Source: Terriglobia bacterium
GTDB lineage: Bacteria > Acidobacteriota > Terriglobia > Bryobacterales > Bryobacteraceae
Direction: 5' to 3'
DNA: 64,000 nt
NCBI GenBank assembly: GCA_963758445.1
Contig: CAVWVR010000005.1
Location: 21,414 to 85,413, forward strand
Positions 47,287 through 59,250 of this stretch are shown piece by piece (position 1 is the stretch's first letter; each line of letters begins with the position of its first letter). The notes below the pieces were generated by a model. It saw nothing but the letters and a program-made list of their open reading frames with translations, had not been told where the DNA came from and did not search any database. Position numbers and translations under genes: made by a program.

Positions 47287-49793
47287 GTCGCCGACTTAGA
47301 AGCCGCCGGAGGGGTAACGTTCGGAACATCCAGCGGCAGCACAGGGTAACCTTCATCGCAGTCGCTAAACGGCTCCGCATTTTTTGGCTGCCCAGTATGG
47401 GCTTGCTGGGCAGCTTGCGACTGCGGCTTGCCGCGGCACACCAGAATCTGCTTCAGGCCCGCCGTGGGATCCGGAACCGCAGGCGCCTTGGCAAGGGGAT
47501 GCTTACCTTTCTTGACCGGCTTCGGCGCAGGAGGGTCTGGCTTCACTAAGCGAACCGTCGCGAATGTATCTCCGGAGCTTTTGATAAAGCAGCCGCCGCA
47601 CTTTGGAAATTCCAGCCTCAAATCCTGGAGCCCGCTTCCCTCCAAAGCGAGGGTGAGTCCATTTTGGGATGAGACTACGCTCAGCTTCGACACTATGGGA
47701 GCAGTCTTCGCAAAAATTGTGGGAGGTATCGGTTTGCTGTCCCGATAAGTATCGGGCCATAGCAACCGGCGCACTTCGACGCTGCTCGAAGTTCGAATAA
47801 GCTCCGTTGGCGCCAGAACTGTTATGGAACTGTCGTCCTGCGCGAAAAAGGGCGCATCGCTCAATCCGAAAATTTTGTCTCCAATGACCACTAACCATGG
47901 GTTTTCCCCACTCCGCCGTTTCAAGGCGGCATTTGCAAGCACTACTCCGGGCATCGACTCCTTGGGTAATAAAACTCCTATTTTGACTTTGCTCAGCGTG
48001 TCGGAATACGGAGTAATATCCAACCATTTGACCGTCAGTTGTTTTTCCTGATAGGCGCGTTGTTCAACCACCGGCTGTTGCCGATTATCCCGTCCTACCA
48101 GGTAAACGCCTTCAGCCGCGAGGATTGCCTTCGCCGGGACATCGAAGGTAAGTGCATCATGCGTTGTTGTTATAGTCGTCGGATTCAAAAACGTGCTGCC
48201 CACGCGGACCAGGGAACCGGGGAGAAAGGTGCCCGTCGCATTCACGTGTACATTACCTTGTCCAATATCCGTGACCGTAACTTCATCGGTGCGTTGTGAC
48301 GTGCTGTAGTAACTGATCGGGTAACATACCGGACCTTGCCGATCCACCGCCCGCCCCAGATAATTCCCCTTCTTGTCTCCTACCCGCCAATGGACGCTCA
48401 CGCAAGCGGTTCCGATCTCCTGAGTCGGCGAACCGTTATTGGGAACCCCTGGGACTGACACTTGTACGAAACTGGTCGAGTCGCCAGGCCGCAGAAAAGG
48501 ATTGCCTAACACGGGGCGAATCTGCCAGGCAAAAGACACGTCAGGGCTGCCGTCTTTGCAAAGACGGGATGGCCGCATCATCGCCACTGTCTCTTGCTGC
48601 TGGACAAGATAGTAAGTCTTGTGCCCCCAAAGAAAGGAGCCACCCACGTTGACAACACCGCCCAAGACCGCACTTATACTTCCCAAAAACGATTTATCCA
48701 CTAAGCTTGCAACGTTGTAAGTACGCTCTTGCGGAAGCAGAGTAACTACACTCGGAGACTCTAATGTCGATTCTGCACATACAGAAATTTCTATTTCTGC
48801 CACCGCGTTCTCTAACTTCTTGTCGTCCGGCGAAGGCGGCGTAACGGTAATCGGGAACCCAAGAGTAAAAGTAGTCTTAGGCTTCCCGTTAGTCTGCAAG
48901 TGATCGCTCACCGCGCCGCCAAGCAGAAGCTGCGTGTTCATGATTTCGTATGAAAGCTGAAGCGATTCGTTGTATGTCGCAAGCGACGAGCCGTTCACAG
49001 TAGGAGGCGCTAACGTTGGGGCTGGTGGTGTGGGCGCCGTCGGAGTGAGGCCCCCGACTGTCGTTGTCGTTCCCGGAGTCGTTGTGGTGGGATTCCCGGT
49101 CGACCCGAACGCAGGCACGCCGGCGGCAGGCGTAAAAGTGGAAGTACCTGGCGTCGGCGGACTGGAGGCGGACAATGCTACCGAAGTCTGGCGAATGTCG
49201 GCTCCCTGCACACCGCCGATGTGACTTAACAGCGTCGACTGATCAACCCCGTGAACTGCCGCTAACTGACCCTGCAGCATGAGAAGTTGGTTCTGCAAAT
49301 ACAAGTCGTCGTAAACCTTGGGGGCTCCCACAACCAGCATCATGCTGGTAACTGATGGCGGCGTTGTTGGGCTGGGCGTTTTGACTGGCTGATTCTCCGA
49401 CCTGCAAACTTCAACCACCACGGAAGCTGGTGCAATCCGGCTCCAGCACGAATTTGTAGCCTTCCCTACTTTGACCAAAGCATCGTTGACCGAATCGCCT
49501 TCTATGTCCACCGACGCTGACTGGATGGCCTGTTCGCGGTCATATGCCGGATCAAACCGAATCTGGAGTCCGGTTGCAGCCGCTAATGCTTCAAACAGAG
49601 CCCGTGGCGGTTGCTCAATTACTTTCAACGTGACGGGGCTATTCAGTCGCTGACTATCTGCCGCCGGAAGTGCCGCTGCCTGCCGCGGGCGTGCCTCCGC
49701 AGCGAGCACACTCATCATCAGCATGAGACAGAACAAGATTGGTGCTTTGGGGAGGTGGGACAAAATAGAGCTCCTATTAACTGCTCGCGTCAA
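47283..49793 (-). CDS. Secreted 836-aa hypothetical protein with an N-terminal STN-like domain and Thr/Pro-rich linker
   Basis: Signal peptide. VTLKVIEQPPRALFEALAAATGLQIRFDP resembles the STN (secretin/TonB N-terminal) domain. A PTTTTPGTTTT linker follows. The remainder is unassigned. Confidence 0.5.
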   Translation of the reverse strand: MTRAVNRSSILSHLPKAPILFCLMLMMSVLAAEARPRQAAALPAADSQRLNSPVTLKVIEQPPRALFEALAAATGLQIRFDPAYDREQAIQSASVDIEGDSVNDALVKVGKATNSCWSRIAPASVVVEVCRSENQPVKTPSPTTPPSVTSMMLVVGAPKVYDDLYLQNQLLMLQGQLAAVHGVDQSTLLSHIGGVQGADIRQTSVALSASSPPTPGTSTFTPAAGVPAFGSTGNPTTTTPGTTTTVGGLTPTAPTPPAPTLAPPTVNGSSLATYNESLQLSYEIMNTQLLLGGAVSDHLQTNGKPKTTFTLGFPITVTPPSPDDKKLENAVAEIEISVCAESTLESPSVVTLLPQERTYNVASLVDKSFLGSISAVLGGVVNVGGSFLWGHKTYYLVQQQETVAMMRPSRLCKDGSPDVSFAWQIRPVLGNPFLRPGDSTSFVQVSVPGVPNNGSPTQEIGTACVSVHWRVGDKKGNYLGRAVDRQGPVCYPISYYSTSQRTDEVTVTDIGQGNVHVNATGTFLPGSLVRVGSTFLNPTTITTTHDALTFDVPAKAILAAEGVYLVGRDNRQQPVVEQRAYQEKQLTVKWLDITPYSDTLSKVKIGVLLPKESMPGVVLANAALKRRSGENPWLVVIGDKIFGLSDAPFFAQDDSSITVLAPTELIRTSSSVEVRRLLWPDTYRDSKPIPPTIFAKTAPIVSKLSVVSSQNGLTLALEGSGLQDLRLEFPKCGGCFIKSSGDTFATVRLVKPDPPAPKPVKKGKHPLAKAPAVPDPTAGLKQILVCRGKPQSQAAQQAHTGQPKNAEPFSDCDEGYPVLPLDVPNVTPPAASKSAT

Positions 49794-50097
49794 AAAGGAA
49801 AAGGACAGGTATCGTTATTCCGTTCACCGGCCGCTGGCAAATAAGTCCGGTAAGCTCACAGGTATCGCCTTCGCTAAACGTTCCTTGTAGTGTTCCACGA
49901 GTGTTCTGTGCTTTCAAGTCATCAAAATTGCCCGTGAACGGCTCGTCAAACTGGAGCAGGGCTGGCGTGGGGCAAGACGGAGTATTCAAAAACGCATAGA
50001 TACCGGGGAAATGAATGACACCCGAGTAAGTTTGCGCGACCGGAGCTGGCGTTGGGCTGGACATAAACGGAATAACCATTTTTTGTTTTAACTCCAT
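49777..50097 (-). CDS. Small hypothetical protein
   Basis: ORF with no recognisable motif and no clear ribosome-binding site. Low confidence that it is expressed. Confidence 0.25.
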   Translation of the reverse strand: MELKQKMVIPFMSSPTPAPVAQTYSGVIHFPGIYAFLNTPSCPTPALLQFDEPFTGNFDDLKAQNTRGTLQGTFSEGDTCELTGLICQRPVNGITIPVLFLFDASS

Positions 50098-50158
50098 AGA
50101 ACATATCGCAAACTCACGCCCGATGGAACATGTGGAGTAATTTGGGTTTGAATCGTAA

Positions 50159-50374
50159 ATGCCGCAATTGCCCGGGAAACAGCTCACGTGGTTGGGCAAA
50201 TACTTGTCCTTGGCCCTAACGCTGCCCGCTTCGGTGTTCGCCGGTTACATCCTCGGCGGGTTCGCCGATCATTTCCTCCACCGGCCTTGGCTCCGCGCGC
50301 TTGGCATCATGCTAGGTATGGCGGCTGGTTTAACGCAAATCGTCCGGGAGCTGTCCCGGGAAGGGCCAAAGTGA
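50159..50374 (+). CDS. AtpZ/AtpI-family small membrane protein preceding the F0 genes
   Basis: 71 aa with two TM helices. Position immediately upstream of atpI and atpB. Confidence 0.55.
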   Translation: MPQLPGKQLTWLGKYLSLALTLPASVFAGYILGGFADHFLHRPWLRALGIMLGMAAGLTQIVRELSREGPK

Positions 50375-50745
50375 CCATCCAACGTCTCTACAACCTCACG
50401 TTGGCCTTTGGTCTGATTGGCTTTGTTTCGTATTGGTGGTTCCAGGGCTTCAACCCCGGCCTGGCTTGCTTATTAGGAGCTTTGGGTTCGTTTGGTAATT
50501 TGTGGCTCTTCAATTGGTTGGCGCGTTCCATGGAACCCGGCACAACTGCCCGAAAGCCGTGGCAGGCTGGCACCTTTGTAGGCCGCTATCTTATACTGTT
50601 CACACTAGGCTATGTTATAGTCAAGTCTTTGGGCGTCAACCCTTTACCGGTAGTCCTGGGTCTGTTCGCCAGTACGGCTGCGGTACTCTTTTCATCGACG
50701 GCCGAAGTCATTCAAAGCCTGTTTAAATCCCGGCGCACGCACTAA
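50371..50745 (+). CDS. atpI: ATP synthase protein I (AtpI)-like membrane protein
   Basis: GTG start overlaps the stop of the upstream ORF (GTGA). About 124 aa with 3-4 TM helices, directly upstream of atpB. Confidence 0.55.
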   Translation: MTIQRLYNLTLAFGLIGFVSYWWFQGFNPGLACLLGALGSFGNLWLFNWLARSMEPGTTARKPWQAGTFVGRYLILFTLGYVIVKSLGVNPLPVVLGLFASTAAVLFSSTAEVIQSLFKSRRTH

Positions 50746-51474
50746 ATGCACGAACTCTGGATCACCAAAATTTTCAATAATACGCTCGCCGGCCCGGCTA
50801 ACGCGGTTCTGAACGGCATCCACTTCCCTTCTTCCGATCCCGCCAATCCCTGGAGCGACTGGATGGTCTGCGAAATCCTGGTCGTTCTCTTCATTCTGGT
50901 TTTTTTCGGCGTTTTGCGTACCCGCCTTTCGGTCGATCGCCCCGGCAAGGCGCAGCACACCATGGAAGTGCTCTACGATTTCGTACACGCCTCTTCGGAA
51001 GAAGTGGTCGGGCACGATGGCCCCCGCTATCTGGTCTTCTTCGGCACCATATTTATCTTCATTCTGTGCCTGAACCTGATCGGCCTGATCCCCGGCTTTG
51101 ATTCGCCCACCATGTACGCCATGGTCCCGCTCGGCTTTGCCGTTTGCACGTTTTTCTTCTACCACTACACCGGTATTCGGGCGCATGGCGCGGGATACAT
51201 CAAGCAATTTCTCGGACCGTTCTGGTGGCTCGCGTTTCTCATGCTGCCCATCGAGATCATCAGCCATTTCGCGCGCCCGTTTTCGCTCACTGTTCGTCTC
51301 TTCGCTAACATGTTCGCCGGTGAGCAGGTTTATCTGACATTCATAGCGCTGACGAAGGTCATCATCCCCGTCATTTTTATCGGCCTGCACCTCTTCGTCG
51401 GCTTTTTGCAGGCATACATTTTCATGCTGCTCGCGATGGTCTACGTTGGCGGGGCCGTTTCGCACGAGCATTAG
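50746..51474 (+). CDS. atpB: F0F1 ATP synthase subunit a
   Basis: 242 aa. The conserved essential Arg is in LTVRLFANMFAGE. Polytopic. Confidence 0.9.
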   Translation: MHELWITKIFNNTLAGPANAVLNGIHFPSSDPANPWSDWMVCEILVVLFILVFFGVLRTRLSVDRPGKAQHTMEVLYDFVHASSEEVVGHDGPRYLVFFGTIFIFILCLNLIGLIPGFDSPTMYAMVPLGFAVCTFFFYHYTGIRAHGAGYIKQFLGPFWWLAFLMLPIEIISHFARPFSLTVRLFANMFAGEQVYLTFIALTKVIIPVIFIGLHLFVGFLQAYIFMLLAMVYVGGAVSHEH

Positions 51475-51564
51475 GGCTTTATCAGCGCTTTCAGTGTGAG
51501 CGCCCGGCGTCCCAACGCACGTGTCGAACCACCTCCTGAAAGCAATTTTCTATAGGAGAAACGA

Positions 51565-51867
51565 ATGAATAAGAAGTTGATGATGCTCGCCGCTAGCTTG
51601 CTGGCTATGGCGAGCCCGATGTTTGCTCAAGGCACCGGAGGCGGGACTGATCCGTCAAACTATCGTTTGGCAGCGGCCTATATCGCAGTAGGGATTGCTT
51701 CTGGTCTTTGCGGTCTCGGCCAGGGCCGTGCTACCGCTGCAGCGGCCGAAGCCATGGCGCGCAATCCCGGAGCGGTTGCGGCCATTCGCATTGCTCTGAT
51801 TCTCGGTCTGGTGCTGATTGAATCGCTCGCGCTCTATGCGCTTGTGGTCACCTACATCGCCAAGTAA
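51565..51867 (+). CDS. atpE: F0F1 ATP synthase subunit c with an N-terminal signal-peptide-like extension
   Basis: Helix 1 is a Gly/Ala-rich GxGxGxA region. The MARNP loop and ion-binding Glu are in VLIESLA. The extra N-terminal 22 aa MNKKLMMLAASLLAMASPMFA-QG look like a cleavable signal peptide. Confidence 0.9.
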   Translation: MNKKLMMLAASLLAMASPMFAQGTGGGTDPSNYRLAAAYIAVGIASGLCGLGQGRATAAAAEAMARNPGAVAAIRIALILGLVLIESLALYALVVTYIAK

Positions 51868-51884
51868 CCAACACTAACTGGATT

Positions 51885-51925
51885 GGGCCTGTCGGCGCTT
51901 TGGTGTCGGCAGGCCCTTTCTATTT
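51885..51925 (+). terminator. Rho-independent terminator after atpE
   Basis: GGGCCTG...CAGGCCC stem followed by TTTCTATTT. Confidence 0.6.
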
Positions 51926-51943
51926 GTCATCATCAAAGTTCAA

Positions 51944-52828
51944 ATGAAAATTCAAGGCATCCTCCCCGCGCTCACCACCTGCTTCGATGAGGAAGGCGAG
52001 CTCTCAAAAGCAAAAACGATTTACAACATCACGAAGCTGAATAAGATCGCGCTCAGCGGTTATGTCGTTTGCGGATCCACCGGCGAAACACCGCTGCTCT
52101 CTACCGACGAACGCGTCCAGCAGATGTCCTGGGTCAGCGAAGCCGCCGCCGAAGGCAAGACGTTAATTGCTGGCGTTGGCGCCGAGAGCGTTCACGAAAC
52201 CGTCCGCCTCTCCAGTCTTGCCGCCGATGCCGGCTTCCACGCTGCGCTCGTTCTTTCGCCGTTTTATTACCGCGTCCAGATGCACAAGCCCGATCTGCAA
52301 CTGCTCTTCTTCCGCTCCGTCGCCGATCGCTCCAAACTCCCCGTTCTGCTCTACAACATTCCGCAAGTCACCGGCTACGATCTGCCCGTCGACACCATTG
52401 CCCAGCTTTCGCATCACCCGAACATCATCGGCATGAAAGACAGTTCCGGCAATGTCGAAAAATTGAAGGAATCCGTTAAAGCCGCCAAGCCCGGCTTTCA
52501 GGTTCTGTCCGGCGCAGGCGTCAATTTTCTCGACGCTCTGCACGGCGGTGCCAGCGGAGCCATCTTGGCCCTCGCCAATCCCCTGCCCTACGCCTGCGTG
52601 ACGGTTTGGGAAGCCTTTCGCACCCGTGAATATGAAGCTGGACAGGATTGGCAAACGCGTATCAGTCCGGCCGGGCGTCTCATCGCAACCAAGTACGGCA
52701 TCCCCGGCCTCAAATACGCAATGGAATTGAATGGGTATTACGGTGGCCCTCCACGCCTGCCGTTTTTGCCTCCGTCCGCAGAAGCTAAAGCAGAAATCGA
52801 GCAGGCCTTCGACGGTCTGCGAAGCTAG
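51944..52828 (+). CDS. Dihydrodipicolinate synthase family protein (DapA/NAL-type aldolase)
   Basis: GILPALTTCFDEEGEL and VCGSTGETPLLSTDER are DapA-family motifs. Whether it is a true DapA or another family member is unresolved. Confidence 0.75.
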   Translation: MKIQGILPALTTCFDEEGELSKAKTIYNITKLNKIALSGYVVCGSTGETPLLSTDERVQQMSWVSEAAAEGKTLIAGVGAESVHETVRLSSLAADAGFHAALVLSPFYYRVQMHKPDLQLLFFRSVADRSKLPVLLYNIPQVTGYDLPVDTIAQLSHHPNIIGMKDSSGNVEKLKESVKAAKPGFQVLSGAGVNFLDALHGGASGAILALANPLPYACVTVWEAFRTREYEAGQDWQTRISPAGRLIATKYGIPGLKYAMELNGYYGGPPRLPFLPPSAEAKAEIEQAFDGLRS

Positions 52829-52862
52829 TTCAAAATCAAGGCGTCTACATTAAAGGAGAACT

Positions 52863-53342
52863 ATGGAACAGGAATTCTTGACCAGACCGGAACCTTCCCC
52901 GCGGGTTTCCGATGCCATGATCGCTATGCGTTTGCCAAGCCTCGTCGTGTTTCTCGCTTCCGCATGTTTTATGTGTGCGCCGATTTTGTACTACGGCGTG
53001 TCGCAGCAAGCGAGTTCCACGAATTGTTGGTTAATCGGCGGCCTTCTTCTGACATCCGCCACGCTGCGCTTGTGGTATCCACTCTCCACAATTAGCTTTA
53101 GCTGGTTCAATATGATCCTGGGTCTTTGGGTGTTTCTCTCGCCTTTGCTCTTGGGCTATACCGACCAAACTGCCTATACCGTTCACTCCATGGCCCTCGG
53201 CGTAGTCATCATCGGAATGTCGCTCGCCTCCGTTTTCGCAAGCAAATTCCGCGGAACGCTGCTGGCCAATGCCTCTGATGATATGGGAGGACTCACACCC
53301 GAAGGCTACCCGCCGCATCAACAACCTCCAGGGCGAATATAA
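52863..53342 (+). CDS. Small membrane protein, possibly SPW-repeat family
   Basis: 159 aa with 4 TM helices and repeated W/SP-containing TM segments (LWVFLSPLLLGY). Confidence 0.4.
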   Translation: MEQEFLTRPEPSPRVSDAMIAMRLPSLVVFLASACFMCAPILYYGVSQQASSTNCWLIGGLLLTSATLRLWYPLSTISFSWFNMILGLWVFLSPLLLGYTDQTAYTVHSMALGVVIIGMSLASVFASKFRGTLLANASDDMGGLTPEGYPPHQQPPGRI

Positions 53343-53351
53343 GGCGAAAAT

Positions 53352-53389
53352 CGGTGCTATGCTGATGTCTGGAAATGCTCATAGCACCG
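53352..53389. promoter_or_regulatory. 10-bp perfect inverted repeat CGGTGCTATG-N18-CATAGCACCG spanning the imuA start codon
   Basis: Left arm at 53352-53361 and right arm at 53380-53389. The ATG of imuA at 53375 lies inside the spacer. Confidence 0.5.
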
Positions 53390-54061
53390 GCCCGGGAAGT
53401 TCATGCCCCAACCCCGCACGTTCTAGCTGACCTACGCGAAAAAATCGATGCTCTGGAGGGTGCGCCGCGCCGCTTCGCCCGCACCATTCCGATCTCCGGC
53501 CTTATTGATGAAGCCCTGCCGGCACATGGCTTGCCCCTCGGCTGTGTCCATGAACTAAAGGGCAATCCCGCCAGCGTCATTGCCTTTGCCGGGTTGCTTT
53601 CCGCCCGCATCCCGCGCCAGGGCGCTGTCCTTTACATCGAGCCCTCCCGCTCGTTCTACCCGCTAGGGCTTCTGCCCTACGGCGTCAACCTCCAGCACTG
53701 GATTCATGTCCGCGCCCGCCGTCCCAAGGATCTGGTCTGGACCATCCTCGAAGCGCTCCGCTGTCCGCAAATTAATGCCGTCCTGGCCGTCCTTCCCTCC
53801 GCCGACCTCACTTTCTCGCGCCGTCTGCAGCTCGCAGCTGAGAGCAGCGGCGCAACCGGTTTCTTGTTCGGAAATATGGCCTCCGCCATCACGCGCTGGC
53901 GGGTTTCTTCTACAAGGAACTTCGGCTGGTCGCTTGAACTTCTTTATAGCCGGGGCGGACGTCCGGGCAATTGGCAGGTGAGTTGGCGCAACGGCCAACT
54001 TGAAACTGCACGCTCTATTCACCGCGGGCAGTTGGTCGCGAAAGAAGCCCTGGCAGGATGA
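53375..54061 (+). CDS. imuA: ImuA (SulA/RecA-fold protein of the imuA-imuB-dnaE2 mutagenesis cassette)
   Basis: 228 aa, gene order immediately upstream of imuB and dnaE2. ImuA-like sequence (LADLREKIDALEG...). Confidence 0.75.
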   Translation: MLIAPAREVHAPTPHVLADLREKIDALEGAPRRFARTIPISGLIDEALPAHGLPLGCVHELKGNPASVIAFAGLLSARIPRQGAVLYIEPSRSFYPLGLLPYGVNLQHWIHVRARRPKDLVWTILEALRCPQINAVLAVLPSADLTFSRRLQLAAESSGATGFLFGNMASAITRWRVSSTRNFGWSLELLYSRGGRPGNWQVSWRNGQLETARSIHRGQLVAKEALAG

Positions 54062-54062
54062 T

Positions 54063-55379
54063 ATGTCTCGGCGTCTGCTTTGTCTATACCTGCCTGACAG
54101 TCCAGCCGAGGTCAAGCAGCGCGTTCTCCACTGGTGCAACCGCTATTCCCCAATCGTGGCTGACGACGGCTCTGGCGGCATCGTTCTAGATGTCACTGGC
54201 TGCGCGCATCTCTTCGGCGGTGAAGAAGCTCTACTCAACGATGTGCAAACCCGCATCCGCCGCTCTGGCCATCGCATTCGCGGCGCAATCGCCGACACTT
54301 TAGGCGCAGCCTGGGCATTGGCCCGCTATTCCCGGCAAGTCATCATCACCGGCAGCGAGTTGCCGCAAGCTTTGAATCCTTTGCCTGTCGAAGCCTTGCG
54401 CCTGCCCGAAGAAGTGACTCGCGCCCTCCGCCGCGTCGGCCTCAACACCATCGCGGCATTTCAAAAAGTGCCCCGCCAGGCGTTGGTCACGCGCTTTGGT
54501 TCCGGCATCTTGTTGCGCTTGGATCAGGCTTTCGGTCAAGCCGAAGAAACCATCACGCCCTATCGCCGTCCTGCACCTTATTCGGCCCGGCGCATGCTCC
54601 CCGAGCCCATCGCAACCACCCCAGCCGTCGAATATGTTCTGCTCGATCTACTCAAAGAGATTTGCACGCGCTTGCAGAAGGAGCATGCCGGTGCGCGCCG
54701 CCTCAATCTCGATTGCTATCGAGTGGACGGAGTGGTCTGCGCCTGCGGCATCAGCACTTCCAAACCGGTTCGTTCCGTCACTCACTTGATGCGCCTCTTT
54801 ACGGAACGGCTTGGCAACATCGACGCTGGCTTTGGCATCGAAACTCTCGTCCTGTCTGTCCCGAATTTTGATCGAGCAGACCCCGGGCAGCTCACGCTTC
54901 CGCAATTCGATCCCGACAGGCTGGAGAACACCCAAGCACTGGATGAATTGATCGACCGCTTGGGCGCGCGCCTCGGTTTTCAGCATGTCACTCGTCTTCG
55001 CATACGCGAAAGCTTACTGCCCGAATATTCCATCGAGTTCCAGCCCGTCACTGCGCCGCAAGCTCCCAGCGCGCTTTGGCCCGAATACCGCGTCCGCCCC
55101 GTCCATTGGGTCGATCCGCCCATGCGCATTGAAGTCGCAACCATCCATCCCGGCGGTTCGCCCGTGCAGTTTCGCATGGGACAAGATCTTCGTCGCATCA
55201 TGAAATCCGAAGGCCCCGAACGATTAACGCCCGAATGGTGGCGCCTCGAACCATTGAAATGGCAAATACGCGATTACTACCGCATTGAAGACGACCGCGG
55301 CTGCCGCTTCTGGATCTTCCAGGAACACGTCGAACTATCTTCCGCCAGACTTTGGTTTCTGCGCGGCCATCTTGCTTAA
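54063..55379 (+). CDS. imuB: ImuB (Y-family-polymerase-like, catalytically inactive scaffold)
   Basis: MSRRLLCLYLPD... Y-family fold without the catalytic acidic triad context. Positioned between imuA and dnaE2. Start at the internal ATG, 2 nt after the imuA stop. Confidence 0.85.
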   Translation: MSRRLLCLYLPDSPAEVKQRVLHWCNRYSPIVADDGSGGIVLDVTGCAHLFGGEEALLNDVQTRIRRSGHRIRGAIADTLGAAWALARYSRQVIITGSELPQALNPLPVEALRLPEEVTRALRRVGLNTIAAFQKVPRQALVTRFGSGILLRLDQAFGQAEETITPYRRPAPYSARRMLPEPIATTPAVEYVLLDLLKEICTRLQKEHAGARRLNLDCYRVDGVVCACGISTSKPVRSVTHLMRLFTERLGNIDAGFGIETLVLSVPNFDRADPGQLTLPQFDPDRLENTQALDELIDRLGARLGFQHVTRLRIRESLLPEYSIEFQPVTAPQAPSALWPEYRVRPVHWVDPPMRIEVATIHPGGSPVQFRMGQDLRRIMKSEGPERLTPEWWRLEPLKWQIRDYYRIEDDRGCRFWIFQEHVELSSARLWFLRGHLA

Positions 55380-55391
55380 GCCAGGCATCGC

Positions 55392-58517
<3,126 letters not shown>

Positions 58518-58537
58518 GATCTCCATTCGGACTTACA

Positions 58538-58867
58538 ATGAGTCGAGTGACCAAAGAGTACGTCGAGCAGCGGGACGGTGCCTTCTACATCGTCGGAACA
58601 CGTATCTCCTTAGATTCGATTGTCGAAGGATTCCGTCGTGGCGAGTCCCCCGAGACCATCTGCCACAACTTTCCGCTGTTGCACCTGGAAGAGGTGTACG
58701 GCGCAATAGCGTACCATCTCGCTAACCAGGAAGCGATTGATTCTTACCTCCTTCATCAAGACGCAAAGTGGGCGGAAGAACGGCGCAACGCTAAACCCCT
58801 ACCAGCGAACCTGCGCGAGCGACTCACCCGCGCCCGGGACGAACTGCAATCCTTTCGCTCGGCGTGA
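58538..58867 (+). CDS. DUF433-domain protein (putative antitoxin-like partner)
   Basis: 109 aa, DUF433-type sequence (YIVGTRISLDSIVEGFRRGESPETIC). 4-bp overlap (ATGA) with the downstream gene. Confidence 0.7.
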   Translation: MSRVTKEYVEQRDGAFYIVGTRISLDSIVEGFRRGESPETICHNFPLLHLEEVYGAIAYHLANQEAIDSYLLHQDAKWAEERRNAKPLPANLRERLTRARDELQSFRSA

Positions 58868-59217
58868 AGCTACGGTTTTTAGCTGACGCCGATTTAAATC
58901 AAGCCATTGTCAACGGAGTCCTCCGCCGCGAACCAAGCATTGACTTCCTCACTGCCAAGGCCGCAGGCCTGCGCGGCTTAAGTGACCTCGAAGTCCTAGA
59001 AATAGCGGCAGCACAGCACCGTGCAATCGTTTCGCATGACATCAACACGATGCCAGCCCACTTTCACGCTTTCACCCACGGCGACAAGCGCCGCCCCGGT
59101 CTGTTTTTAGTTCCTCAACGTCTCGATATCGGAAGAGCGATCGAAGATTTGCTTCTGATTTGGCTGACCACCGAAGCAGTTGAATGGGAGAACCGCATCC
59201 AGTGGATTCCGCTATAA
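58864..59217 (+). CDS. DUF5615-family PIN-like (Mut7-C-like) putative toxin
   Basis: 117 aa. N-terminal FLADADL with acidic residues, typical of PIN-like DUF5615, paired with DUF433. Confidence 0.7.
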   Translation: MKLRFLADADLNQAIVNGVLRREPSIDFLTAKAAGLRGLSDLEVLEIAAAQHRAIVSHDINTMPAHFHAFTHGDKRRPGLFLVPQRLDIGRAIEDLLLIWLTTEAVEWENRIQWIPL

Positions 59218-59250
59218 GTTGCTTTTAGTTTGACCCGCCTTGTAGCTGCT

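Noticed and set aside
48960-49150. Apparent tandem repetition in DNA encoding the PTTTTPGTTTT linker
   Set aside because: This is low-complexity coding sequence with imperfect short GTCGTTGT-like repeats, not a defined DNA tandem repeat or mobile element.
53343-53374. Canonical LexA boxes (CTGT-N8-ACAG, GAAC-N4-GTTC, GTTC-N7-GTTC) upstream of imuA and recN
   Set aside because: None of these consensus patterns is present in either upstream region. Only lineage-unassigned palindromes were found, and these are reported as candidates.
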